Below are positions 1 to 8,729 of a DNA stretch of 31,479 nucleotides, in pieces. The DNA is from a virus. Lineage: Duplodnaviria > Caudoviricetes. Location of the stretch: IMG/VR virus record IMGVR_UViG_3300020045_004362, positions 1 through 31,479 of that record; one strand, given 5' to 3'. The translations under genes were made by a program, and so were the position numbers. The notes under the pieces are model-generated. The model saw nothing but the letters and a program-made list of their open reading frames with translations. It was not told where the DNA came from and searched no databases. How positions within the stretch are numbered: position 1 is the first letter of the stretch; the number at the start of each line of letters is the position of its first letter.

Positions 1-479
1 TCTATAGCCGTGGCACTGCACTGGATGACATTAAGTCGCTCAAGAACGTCTTAGATCAAGCCAGTTCACGCGGTGAGCGTGCATGGAAGGAACTGCAAGG
101 CGCGACCTTGGAGCACATCCGCGATCAGGCATATAAGGGCGTAACTCGGGACGAATCCGGAAAGCCTGTTATTTCCGCCGCCGCGCTTAACCGCGTGGTC
201 ACGGAACTGGATACATCCGGAAAGCTTGATTACGTACTAGGCCGCAAGACGGCTGACTTGTTGCGCACGATCAATGATGTCGCAAATGACGTTGTGACTG
301 CGCCGCCGGGGAGCATCAATACTTCGGGAACGTCCAGTGCCATCCTGAATGCGTTGGACACTGCGGCGACCTTTGGGGTTAGCGGCGTGCCAATCCCTGC
401 CGGAAAGCTTATTGGCTCATTCAAAAACGCCATGCAAAATCGCGAACTTCGTAAAGAAGTTAAGCGGCTCTTGGATTAA
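1..479 (+). CDS. 5'-truncated virion protein, probable DNA ejection/transfer protein (C-terminal part)
   Basis: Frame is open from base 3 (YSRGTALDDIKSLKNVLDQASSRGERAWKELQGATLEHIRDQ...) to TAA at 479; lies directly before the tailspike, as ejection genes do in P22-like podoviruses. Confidence 0.55.
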   Translation, partial: YSRGTALDDIKSLKNVLDQASSRGERAWKELQGATLEHIRDQAYKGVTRDESGKPVISAAALNRVVTELDTSGKLDYVLGRKTADLLRTINDVANDVVTAPPGSINTSGTSSAILNALDTAATFGVSGVPIPAGKLIGSFKNAMQNRELRKEVKRLLD

Positions 480-488
480 GGACGCCCA

Positions 489-2231
489 ATGACCGAAATC
501 ATCAATCCATTCCCATACCTGCCCGAAGCTGGGACCGGCGGTTATATCTATATCGGCACGGCCAATATGGATGCGCGGACTAATCCTGTTGTGGTGTATC
601 GCGACGAGGGGCTAACCATGCCTTGGGCGCAGCCTATCCGCACGGTTGACGGCTATCCGGCGTATCAGGGGGCTAAGTCCCCGATCTATTCCAACCTGTC
701 CGATGTCTCGATTACCGTGCTCGACAGCAATCAGCGCTTGGTGGCGGTTGATACGTTGGTGCCTGTCGTGACCGACGCTGATGAAATCAGATTTTCGCAG
801 AGCGGCGCAGGCGCAGTAGATCGCACGGTGCAGGACAAGTTGCGCGATATTAACAGCGTCAAGGATTATGGCGCGGTTGGCGATGGCGTGACCGACGACA
901 CGGCGGCAATTCAAGCGGCACTCGACGTGGGCGGTTCCATCTACATTCCTGCGGGCACGTACAACCTCACCGCCAAGATCACTTCTGCGGGCAAGGCTGT
1001 TTCCATCGCGACCGATGGGGCTGCTATCCTTAGTTGGGATTCCAGCGCAACAACGCAGGGATTGGACTTCACGTTCTCGAACCTGACGACGCAAACGCTT
1101 TCGATCGGTGACATTGAACTTGTCACTGAGAAGGAAGGCGGAGGGTCGGCAATCAAGGCTGTTTGGCCCACCGGCGCAAGCGGATTTAACCGGCTTTGGC
1201 AGTTGGGCAAAATCCGCGTTCGTGGCTCCGATATTGTCGGGCAGGTCGGATATTGGGACTACGGCCTCGACACGACGAACGGATGGCTTGGTTTCTGCGA
1301 GACGCTGGACTTCTACGGCAAGGGTTCCGGCGTCACACCGCTTTCGACGGCGGCATGGGTGGCGCGTGGAACGTCCACTGATAGCCGGGTTCATATCCGT
1401 GCGCGCTATGCCAAGGCCATGCTGCTTATCGCCGGTTTCTCGGAAGGCTTGGACGTATCCGGATCGTTCGCAGTCGCTTGCGATTATGGCGTCGATTGCA
1501 CTGGAACGAGCGGCCTCAATACTCCGGGCTTTGTCTGGATCGGCGGGCACTGCGCAGCGTTCAAGGGCGGCATTCGTTCGGTCAATATCCTGCAAGGCAA
1601 TGTCTCGGACCTGCTAGTCTACAAGCGGCCAGACAGCGCACAGAACTTCATTGCGTTCGACTTCGATAGCGCTTCGACCGAATGGCAGATTTCCAACTGC
1701 AAGGTCTTCAGCCTCGGAAATCCCGGTGGTGGCAATACAACCGCCATCAAGGACGCAGGCGTCAACAACGTAACTGCCAATCTCCGGACCGTAGGCTGCG
1801 ACGTTGACATTAACCTTGTTAGCGGTGCCTCCGGGTTCCAGCATGCATTCAGTAAGTCCGAAAACGCCCGTGGCGCAATTACGCAAGGCGATGCGGACGG
1901 GCAGGTTATCTGCCTTCCTGGTGGGGCAGTCGGCGCAACGACCAGCTACTTCGACACGCTGACTGCGAACAGCGCCACACCTTCAATCCTCGGCCATCGC
2001 AAGTGGGGTTCGTGCGGCCATATCCTGACGGCCAATTCGTCCGCCACGACGATTACAGACTTCACCGGAGGATTCCCCGGCGATGAGTTCGTTTTGCAGG
2101 CCAATGACGCGAATACAACGGTGCAGCATAGCGCTACGTTGCAGCTTAATGGGGCTGTCAACAAGGTACTCGCCAGCGCCGAAACCATTCGACTTCGCCG
2201 TGTTTCGTCAACAGCATGGAAGCAAATCTGA
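489..2231 (+). CDS. Tailspike: P22-like head-binding N-terminus plus pectate-lyase-like beta-helix (putative depolymerase)
   Basis: N-terminal GYIYIGTANMDARTNPVVVY...AQPIRTVDGYP; GAVDRTVQDKLRD linker; SVKDYGAVGDGVTDDTAAIQAALD beta-helix start; TAAGGA SD upstream. Confidence 0.85.
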   Translation: MTEIINPFPYLPEAGTGGYIYIGTANMDARTNPVVVYRDEGLTMPWAQPIRTVDGYPAYQGAKSPIYSNLSDVSITVLDSNQRLVAVDTLVPVVTDADEIRFSQSGAGAVDRTVQDKLRDINSVKDYGAVGDGVTDDTAAIQAALDVGGSIYIPAGTYNLTAKITSAGKAVSIATDGAAILSWDSSATTQGLDFTFSNLTTQTLSIGDIELVTEKEGGGSAIKAVWPTGASGFNRLWQLGKIRVRGSDIVGQVGYWDYGLDTTNGWLGFCETLDFYGKGSGVTPLSTAAWVARGTSTDSRVHIRARYAKAMLLIAGFSEGLDVSGSFAVACDYGVDCTGTSGLNTPGFVWIGGHCAAFKGGIRSVNILQGNVSDLLVYKRPDSAQNFIAFDFDSASTEWQISNCKVFSLGNPGGGNTTAIKDAGVNNVTANLRTVGCDVDINLVSGASGFQHAFSKSENARGAITQGDADGQVICLPGGAVGATTSYFDTLTANSATPSILGHRKWGSCGHILTANSSATTITDFTGGFPGDEFVLQANDANTTVQHSATLQLNGAVNKVLASAETIRLRRVSSTAWKQI

Positions 2232-2359
2232 TGACCTACGCGCTTCTCCTCGCCTGCTACCGCTCGGGCCAGATGACCTATCCGCAACTGGCGCAGCACA
2301 TGCGCGATGATCCGGCATTCGCTGCCTACGTCGGGAAAGAAACATGCAATGTCGCTTAA
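2231..2359 (+). CDS. Small hypothetical phage protein (42 aa, MTYALLLACYRSGQMTYPQLAQHMRDDPAFAAYVGKETCNVA)
   Basis: TGATG overlap with the tailspike stop; translated by hand, not in the ORF track. Confidence 0.6.
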   Translation: MTYALLLACYRSGQMTYPQLAQHMRDDPAFAAYVGKETCNVA

Positions 2360-2480
2360 TAGGCTCATCAGGTATTCCAATCCACCAACGCCAATCCCGC
2401 CGGGTTTTGCGTTTGTAGTTGATCGTTTTGGCCGCTATGTTGTCGATGAATTCGGCGCTTATGTCATTGTAGAGGTGTAA
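2349..2480 (+). CDS. Small protein (43 aa), possible tail fibre adaptor
   Basis: MSLNRLIRYSNPPTPIPPGFAFVVDRFGRYVVDEFGAYVIVEV; internal VVDxxGxY repeat; stop lies 1 nt before the next ATG. Confidence 0.55.
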   Translation: MSLNRLIRYSNPPTPIPPGFAFVVDRFGRYVVDEFGAYVIVEV

Positions 2481-2481
2481 G

Positions 2482-4182
2482 ATGACAACCGTACCTTTTG
2501 ATGACACTGCCGACGATTGGGCTGCGCGCCGTCAAGGTGAAGTATATGGCAATGCCCGAATTCGCGCGACCTATGCCGAACTGGCCGCTGAAACCGGCTG
2601 GTCAAATAATGAAAACGGCATGGTTACGGCTGCGGATACTGAAACTCATGCCAGTGTAACTGGAGACATTGGCGAAAGCGGCGGGCAGACACCTAACAGC
2701 GGATATTACGTCTACTCCACTTCATTGACCGCACTTGTGCGCGTTGGTGCGCTTGAAAGCGTGGCTTCGCAGGCTAGTGCGACTGCGGCAGACGCAAGCG
2801 CATCCTTCGCTGAAGAATTCAGCGGCCCCGCGTATGCAAACCAAGCGGCAGGCGAAGCAGCTACCACCGCAGGCCAGTTCTTCCGCGTCTGGAACGGCGA
2901 CACTCCGCGCACATATACCAGGTACGAGCGGACGGCGGGGGGGTCTGCTATTGCTGTACCTTTGGCGACAAGCGCGTCTGTCAATGCCTTGATGCAAAAG
3001 GCATACATCGACTTTACAACCAAGCCTGATGGCACTCCACCCAGTGTGCTTGACACCGGCCAACCTGTATATTTTCACCAGAATGTTACGGGGCGTGAGC
3101 CGCAAATACTAAGCGGGCGCTTGGTGGTCAAAAACCCGCCTGCTTCTGGTGGTCTGGCTGACTACTATCAGGCTGATATTGCGTTACCTCTGGTCCGTAT
3201 CGGGGCCGAGTGGACGCAACCCACAGGGGTTGATGACGGCAATGGCAACATAACGATTGCGGCATGGGACGCTGAGTATCAGGCGAACTTAGGTCTTAAC
3301 GTGCCAAGATCATGGTGCCACCTGTCGATTGTGCCGACCACCGATGGAACGGGTCGTGCCATTTGGTTTGTATGTAACGGCACGGGTAACCTGTTTTCCA
3401 TCAAAGAGCAGGCATTTACCAACCCTGCCGCTGACGGAAAAACCCGCTGGCAGTGCGAAGCCTACTTGGATGTTAACGGCGGCAAGGGGTATGCTTGGCT
3501 TCCTGATGGCTCTGTGATGACTGTCACAGACGCAAATATCGCAACGGCATGCGCCGCGTTGGGAATCGCTACACTTACGTTCGCGGACTTGGAATCTAAG
3601 TTCCTCATGTGCGAGCATTTCGCCACGACTGGGGCGAACACTGCCAAATTTGGTGGATTTACAGCAATGTGGGGGGAGGCAAACTCCACATTAGCTACCA
3701 GTTACAAGAGCCAAGCACCAACTGCATTTGACGTAACTCGCCGGTCGGCTGCTTTAGCTGACAGAATTTCTGCTCCGCCTGTGGCTCAATCATACGCGCC
3801 AACAACTGCGATGTCTGTCGCTACCACTAATGCAGCGGCTAACGTGGACGCCACCAACGCCAAGGTTGATTTCACCGCTGGGGCAACCGGGCGGGCCGTG
3901 GTTGACGTGTCTGTTTATTACGAATGGTCTGCCACTGATGTAGTGTTCTGGAAGCTCGTAGGCACAGGTATAAGCACTCCAACGCGGGTGGCGGACGTAG
4001 GGTTGTCTGGCCAAAAGCGAGTGGCTCGGCAAATGATCGTCATCACCGGACTTGTCCCCGGCCAGCCCTATTCTGCCGCGTTGCAACATTGGAGCGTCAC
4101 AGCCGGTTCAGCCACAGCCAAGGCCGGTGGTTCTGGTGCTGGAATGCTGCCGCCGCTTACAATCACTGCTATGCCCGCATGA
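2482..4182 (+). CDS. Second receptor-binding protein / tail fibre
   Basis: 566 aa, Ala/Thr/Gly-rich; YANQAAGEAATTAGQFFRV tail-fibre-like motif; GAGGTG SD; located in the tail module. Confidence 0.7.
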   Translation: MTTVPFDDTADDWAARRQGEVYGNARIRATYAELAAETGWSNNENGMVTAADTETHASVTGDIGESGGQTPNSGYYVYSTSLTALVRVGALESVASQASATAADASASFAEEFSGPAYANQAAGEAATTAGQFFRVWNGDTPRTYTRYERTAGGSAIAVPLATSASVNALMQKAYIDFTTKPDGTPPSVLDTGQPVYFHQNVTGREPQILSGRLVVKNPPASGGLADYYQADIALPLVRIGAEWTQPTGVDDGNGNITIAAWDAEYQANLGLNVPRSWCHLSIVPTTDGTGRAIWFVCNGTGNLFSIKEQAFTNPAADGKTRWQCEAYLDVNGGKGYAWLPDGSVMTVTDANIATACAALGIATLTFADLESKFLMCEHFATTGANTAKFGGFTAMWGEANSTLATSYKSQAPTAFDVTRRSAALADRISAPPVAQSYAPTTAMSVATTNAAANVDATNAKVDFTAGATGRAVVDVSVYYEWSATDVVFWKLVGTGISTPTRVADVGLSGQKRVARQMIVITGLVPGQPYSAALQHWSVTAGSATAKAGGSGAGMLPPLTITAMPA

Positions 4183-4892
4183 CCGACCTCGGCAACCGCC
4201 TCACCCTGCCCGCGCTGCAAGCTGACTGCGGAATCGGCGCGGGCACACCCGGCTTCGGTGAGGTGTTCGGCCCGCGCAGCCGTGCGGCACTCACCGCCAA
4301 ACTGTCCAACCCGCGCGCAGCGGCACTCACCGAAGCGGACTTCAAAGCCGCTGCGGATCGTCTCGGCGTCCCGGTGGGGCACATCAAGGGTGTGCGCAAG
4401 GTAGAAGCACCTCGCGGCCCGTTCGACACAGACGGCAAGCCTTCGATCCTTTACGAGCGCCACAAATTCCGCAACCACACCGTGCCGCCCGGTCGCTTCG
4501 ACCACACCAATTCGGCGTTGTCCGGTGGGTCTTATGGGCGCGGTGGTTACGGGGCCTACAGCGCGCAGTATGGTAAACTGTTCGACGCCATCGCCCTCGA
4601 TCCGCACGCGGCGTTCAACGCTTGCTCGTGGGGCGCGTTTCAGGTGATGGGTGAACATGCCGAAACGCTCGGCTACGTCAACAGCTACGGTATGGCAAAG
4701 TCGCTGGTGACGGGTGAAGCGGCACACCTCGAAACATTCGTCCGCTATGTCGAAGTGTTCAAACTCGTGGATGAACTTCGGGCGTGCCGTCCGGGCGATC
4801 CCGCATCGTGCGTTCCGTTCGTCAAGGGGTATAATGGCAAGGGGTACGCGACCTTCAAATACGATGCCAAATTCGCCGCCGCAATATCATAG
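4179..4892 (+). CDS. Endolysin, N-acetylmuramidase (DUF3380 / Muramidase family)
   Basis: ATGA overlap with the upstream gene; motifs KVEA, ILYERHKF, SWGAFQVMG, YNGxGY. Confidence 0.9.
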   Translation: MTDLGNRLTLPALQADCGIGAGTPGFGEVFGPRSRAALTAKLSNPRAAALTEADFKAAADRLGVPVGHIKGVRKVEAPRGPFDTDGKPSILYERHKFRNHTVPPGRFDHTNSALSGGSYGRGGYGAYSAQYGKLFDAIALDPHAAFNACSWGAFQVMGEHAETLGYVNSYGMAKSLVTGEAAHLETFVRYVEVFKLVDELRACRPGDPASCVPFVKGYNGKGYATFKYDAKFAAAIS

Positions 4893-4908
4893 GATAGTGA
4901 CACGCCGC

Positions 4909-4944
4909 CCACTTCAAGGTATCTAACCTCTTACCTTGAAGTGG
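4909..4944 (+). promoter_or_regulatory. Perfect 13-bp hairpin immediately upstream of the holin-like start
   Basis: CCACTTCAAGGTA (4909-4921) pairs with TACCTTGAAGTGG (4932-4944); 10-nt loop. Confidence 0.55.
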
Positions 4945-4948
4945 AACC

Positions 4949-5320
4949 GTGATGACAGGTATCGAAGTAAAAGCCCTACTCGCTGCGCTGATCATCGCGC
5001 TCGGAATCACCGCGCCCATCCCCGATTTTCTCGGTGGTATGATTATCGCGCTTGGCTGCTCCTACGGCGTGATGATCGTGTCGGAACCTCTCAACCGTCT
5101 GTCCGTTTGGTCCACACTGTTCCTTGGCTTCATCGCTTCGCTGCTTGCCGCCGTGCTGCACAAGCACATACCGTTCATCAACTCTCTGCCGTTGCAGGCT
5201 GTGATGGGTGGTGCTGGCGGGCTTTCAAAGTTTATCGCTGAGGCAACAATCGGGTTTGGGAAAAGCGCCAAGGATCGTATAACAGACCTCCCGAACAAAT
5301 TTAAGTTGCCGGGGGAATAA
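4949..5320 (+). CDS. Putative holin (multi-TM membrane protein)
   Basis: Several hydrophobic segments and a basic C-terminal tail; follows the endolysin. Confidence 0.6.
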   Translation: MMTGIEVKALLAALIIALGITAPIPDFLGGMIIALGCSYGVMIVSEPLNRLSVWSTLFLGFIASLLAAVLHKHIPFINSLPLQAVMGGAGGLSKFIAEATIGFGKSAKDRITDLPNKFKLPGE

Positions 5321-5323
5321 AAC

Positions 5324-5626
5324 GTGGTTGGATCACCTGAAAACGCCGTCCTAGCCGCAACACAATTCGCCGTCGCGGTCGCGCTGTTCCACTTCGCCAT
5401 ACCTAGCGTCATTCGAGACGGGCGGGCAAAGGCGTTCCGAATGTGGGCTTTGGCGTTATCTATCGCGCTGTTCGGCGTGGACAGATTCACGGCTTTCATG
5501 CTCGGCACACCAATCAGCACCATGTCGCTTTTCGCGCACGTTTCGCTTGTTGCGTATGGTGCATTGCGTTTCGCGGCTATCGCAAGTTGCGGTCTGACAA
5601 AATGGGGCGAGACGCTCGATGATTGA
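5324..5626 (+). CDS. Membrane protein of the lysis cassette (holin/antiholin candidate)
   Basis: About 3 hydrophobic segments; lies between the holin-like gene and the spanins. Confidence 0.5.
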   Translation: MVGSPENAVLAATQFAVAVALFHFAIPSVIRDGRAKAFRMWALALSIALFGVDRFTAFMLGTPISTMSLFAHVSLVAYGALRFAAIASCGLTKWGETLDD

Positions 5627-5960
5627 ACCGCGCGTCTGGTATTCGACCATAGCCGCAGCGTGCGCGCTGGTGCTGCTCGTTCTCATCCTCTCGGTTGGTA
5701 AATGCGGTCGCGACCGCACGGCAGAGCGTCAAGCGGAACAGACGAGCCGGAGCGGTGCCGCCGCTGCGCAAGCTGGTGCCGAAGCCGTCCAGATCGTCAC
5801 GTCTCAGGCGGCAGGGGAAGCCGCTGCGGACCGGGACACTGCTCAAACCGTGGGGGTTATCCATGAAGCGACTGATGCTGATGCTGTGCGCCGTGCCGTC
5901 CTTGAGCGCCTGTGCAAGCAAGACTCCCATCGTCTCGATCCCGCCTGCCGCGTGCGCTGA
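5619..5960 (+). CDS. Inner-membrane spanin (Rz-like)
   Basis: N-terminal TM helix, Ala/Gln-rich helical periplasmic part, two C-terminal Cys; 3' end overlapped by a lipoprotein gene. Confidence 0.7.
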   Translation: MIEPRVWYSTIAAACALVLLVLILSVGKCGRDRTAERQAEQTSRSGAAAAQAGAEAVQIVTSQAAGEAAADRDTAQTVGVIHEATDADAVRRAVLERLCKQDSHRLDPACRVR

Positions 5961-6192
5961 TCTGGTGCCCGCTGAGTGGGCGCAAGGTGTACCGGCTGCG
6001 GACGTGCCAGACAACGCGTCTGTAATGCTCGGAGCGCCCCTGACGGCGGCTCTGGTGGCTCAGATCATCGGCCCGTGGGCAGCGGCATATGTCACAACGT
6101 CCGGCGCGCTTGAGACGGCCAACGAGCGGACTGCTCGATCTATCGAAATTGTGAAGCGCTGTGAGGCTCTGGCAAACGCTGCAAGGCCGTGA
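5863..6192 (+). CDS. Outer-membrane lipoprotein spanin (Rz1-like)
   Basis: MKRLMLMLCAVPSLSAC signal with LSAC lipobox; Pro-rich; overlaps the Rz-like gene in another frame. Confidence 0.75.
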   Translation: MKRLMLMLCAVPSLSACASKTPIVSIPPAACADLVPAEWAQGVPAADVPDNASVMLGAPLTAALVAQIIGPWAAAYVTTSGALETANERTARSIEIVKRCEALANAARP

Positions 6193-6263
6193 GGCTGCTG
6201 GTGGCGCTCGTGCTGCTCACCCTCATCATTCTGCTGACACCGCCCATAATTATGAGGGTGTAA
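6189..6263 (+). CDS. Possible 24-aa single-TM peptide (MRLLVALVLLTLIILLTPPIIMRV)
   Basis: GTGA overlap with the spanin stop; almost entirely hydrophobic. Confidence 0.35.
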   Translation: MRLLVALVLLTLIILLTPPIIMRV

Positions 6264-6339
6264 CTCACACGCTGCAACCTGTCCGCACGATCTGATTGTG
6301 GGTCGCCTTACGGCCAATTACCAGCGTGTGAGTATCTCG

Positions 6340-8373
6340 CTATGCGATGATGAGTTTTCGCGCTTCTGCTATGTAGTATTCATAATTTACATTGTCAAAC
6401 CGGAACGTCGCTGCATCGTTGCATTCCGCTACTTTCCAACCCGCTTCGATCCCAGTGCGCCTGTCCTCATATACGGACTTGTTGCCGGTGCAAACGTCAG
6501 CGTTCCACTGCCAGCCGCATTGTTCCATCGTGGCGTCATACATCGCCTGCGTTACGCCGTTCTTACGCTTGAACGCTCCGATACGCGCGCCAGCGGGTGG
6601 TGGGCTGATCTTCGTCAACGATCCACCCTGCATCGCGACATAGTAGCGACTGGTAGACTGTATCTGCTGGTCGTCAAGCATGAGACGGCTGCTGCGATCT
6701 ACCTTGGCGCGGCACATGAAGTCAAACGGATCGGTATGCGTCCGTATGAACTGCTCAGGTGGGATACCGTGTACCATTGCGGCAACTGCGGCGCGCACGC
6801 TCACGACGTTACCTAAATCCTTGTGCCATGCTGGCGGCTGACACTCTGCAATACTCTGCGTGTAATTCAGCGGATCGGGATGCCACAAGCGCCCCTTTTG
6901 CTTCACGTTACCGTCCGTATCAATCGCTACATACGTGTTCACGTCAGAGATGAACATGCGGTCGTACTTCACATCTTCAAGCACGAGACGCGAGAAGTCC
7001 TGCCACTCACGTTCGATCTGTTGCGCTTGCGGCAAATGCTGCTCGTGTATGAAGTACGAGATGCCGTCCGTGTTGACCTGCACAATCGAGAGCGTTGGGA
7101 CGGTTGCGAGACGTTCCGCCAACATACACAGCAACAGTTGTCCGTTGATGGTAATCGTCATAGTGAACTGCGAGTCGTACAGCACGCTAAACTTGCTGTT
7201 AGACTTTCCGTATGCACCGTTCGCGGCAAGTTTGATGCTGTTCGCTTCGACGCACTTCTTACCCTTCTTCGCCTGCCACTCTTTACGCTCGGCAGGGAGT
7301 GAGGCGTATGCGGCGGTGAATGCTTCGCCAAGGTGTGCCGGTGCCAGATTGTTGACGATGGCGATGGACGGGTAAAGGCTCGCAACGTCAATGTCGCGGA
7401 TGATCCACCTGTTGCCCGACTGAAACCGTTTGCTCGAAACCGATGCGTGGACGCCACCTGTGCCGAACTCGAACGACACGCCGCCGACGTTCGCGCTCAG
7501 ACCCTTGAACACACCCTTGGTCTTGATGTCGGCGTCCGGGTCTTCCAGATCGTCCGGTGTGAGGACTTGCTCTTGCAGGTACGCCAGCACGCGCTGAAAC
7601 TCTGGATTGTCAAACCGCACATACGGGAAAATAATGTCGCGCAGTGCGATGCTGCGGCGGATCGTCTGGCGTTTCTGCCGTCGCCCGTTAGCGTCTCGGG
7701 TGTAGCACACGTCATCACCGAGACGCTTTTCCAGCATCTTCTCGCCAATTTTCGTGTCATTATAATTCAACACGTCCATGCCGAATTGTTCGACTAGACC
7801 GATGCGAAAATCCAGCGCGCTCATGCTGTATTTAGCAAAGCGCTTCGTCTCTTTCACGTCATGGACATTGTAAGGAATTACATCGCCGACAATCTGTTCC
7901 AGCGTCAAATACGTACCAAACGGGACGCGGCTCTCAAGAACGGTGCGAGAGCGCATGTTGATTTGCAGCGCTTTGAGGCTGGTCGTCTTGGCGCGGTTGT
8001 CGAAGTGGTGCAGCGTGTATAGGTCCACCTGCGGGACAAGTCTGTCGCGCTCCCATATCGTGCCACCAAAGCGATCCTGCGAGGCAAATATGGAGTTGTT
8101 GAACTCGTACAGTTGCTCGACCGTCACGTTCGGATTTTGCAACAGGTAGTGCAGCATCCGGTAGTCGTAACCGAGATTGTTAAACCCGATCATCGGCGTG
8201 CCGGTGCTGCGCAACCAGTCGATCCACGCAAACAATTCACGCCGGTCGTCCCGATGGTGACTAATTTCCCATGTGCTGCACTGTTCCGTGTTCATCGGTT
8301 CGGCGGACAGGAGAAAGCAATTCGGGAATTGCTCTATGTCATAGACCGGCGCGTTAGCGAGCGAGAGTGTCAT
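6340..8373 (-). CDS. DNA polymerase, family B, with 3'-5' exonuclease domain
   Basis: Exonuclease motifs YDIE, GFNNLGYD, YNVHDV; polymerase motifs DIDVASLYPS, KLAANGAYG, NTDG. Confidence 0.93.
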   Translation of the reverse strand: MTLSLANAPVYDIEQFPNCFLLSAEPMNTEQCSTWEISHHRDDRRELFAWIDWLRSTGTPMIGFNNLGYDYRMLHYLLQNPNVTVEQLYEFNNSIFASQDRFGGTIWERDRLVPQVDLYTLHHFDNRAKTTSLKALQINMRSRTVLESRVPFGTYLTLEQIVGDVIPYNVHDVKETKRFAKYSMSALDFRIGLVEQFGMDVLNYNDTKIGEKMLEKRLGDDVCYTRDANGRRQKRQTIRRSIALRDIIFPYVRFDNPEFQRVLAYLQEQVLTPDDLEDPDADIKTKGVFKGLSANVGGVSFEFGTGGVHASVSSKRFQSGNRWIIRDIDVASLYPSIAIVNNLAPAHLGEAFTAAYASLPAERKEWQAKKGKKCVEANSIKLAANGAYGKSNSKFSVLYDSQFTMTITINGQLLLCMLAERLATVPTLSIVQVNTDGISYFIHEQHLPQAQQIEREWQDFSRLVLEDVKYDRMFISDVNTYVAIDTDGNVKQKGRLWHPDPLNYTQSIAECQPPAWHKDLGNVVSVRAAVAAMVHGIPPEQFIRTHTDPFDFMCRAKVDRSSRLMLDDQQIQSTSRYYVAMQGGSLTKISPPPAGARIGAFKRKNGVTQAMYDATMEQCGWQWNADVCTGNKSVYEDRRTGIEAGWKVAECNDAATFRFDNVNYEYYIAEARKLIIA

Positions 8374-8633
8374 TCCGCTAAAACTTCCGCCAATTTACGG
8401 GAGTAATGCGCGGCCTTACCGGCGTTATCAGCCGGTGCGTCCTTATCGTGCAGCCGCATTGTGTATTTCAGAAGGTTCCCGCGATAGAAACCGATGCGCT
8501 CGGCAAGCGGCCAAGTATCAATCACATCCCACGGCTGTATCGCCATGCGCTTGTAATGGTCGCCGCCGTGCTGTTCGTCTCGTGCGGGGCGGCACTCACG
8601 GCTACCGTCAGCGTGCGCATACGGATCGCTCAT
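8370..8633 (-). CDS. DUF3310 family protein (related to the T7 gp1.7 nucleotide kinase)
   Basis: QHGGDHYK, IQPWDVI, GFYRGNLLKY, KAAHY; GAGGA SD supports the start at 8633. Confidence 0.8.
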   Translation of the reverse strand: MSDPYAHADGSRECRPARDEQHGGDHYKRMAIQPWDVIDTWPLAERIGFYRGNLLKYTMRLHDKDAPADNAGKAAHYSRKLAEVLAE

Positions 8634-8681
8634 CGTCGTCTCCTCAGTATCGAACACAATCGTTAAGTGTCGCGTCGTAGT

Positions 8682-8720
8682 TGCAGTGCGGCCAAGCACA
8701 GGGCCTTACGCCGCACTGCA
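8682..8720 (-). other. 11-bp stem-loop downstream of the SSB-like gene (mRNA stabiliser or attenuator)
   Basis: TGCAGTGCGGC (8682-8692) pairs with GCCGCACTGCA (8710-8720); no U-tract. Confidence 0.4.
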
Positions 8721-8729
8721 TTGCTGCGA

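Noticed and set aside
612-1595. Long antisense ORF opposite the tailspike (likewise 8667-9659, 10346-11098, 4068-4727)
   Set aside because: No motifs; shadow ORFs are expected opposite GC-rich coding sequence, unlike the motif-bearing nested HNH ORF
5619-6192. Overlapping spanin genes as a novelty
   Set aside because: Overlapped Rz/Rz1 architecture is well established
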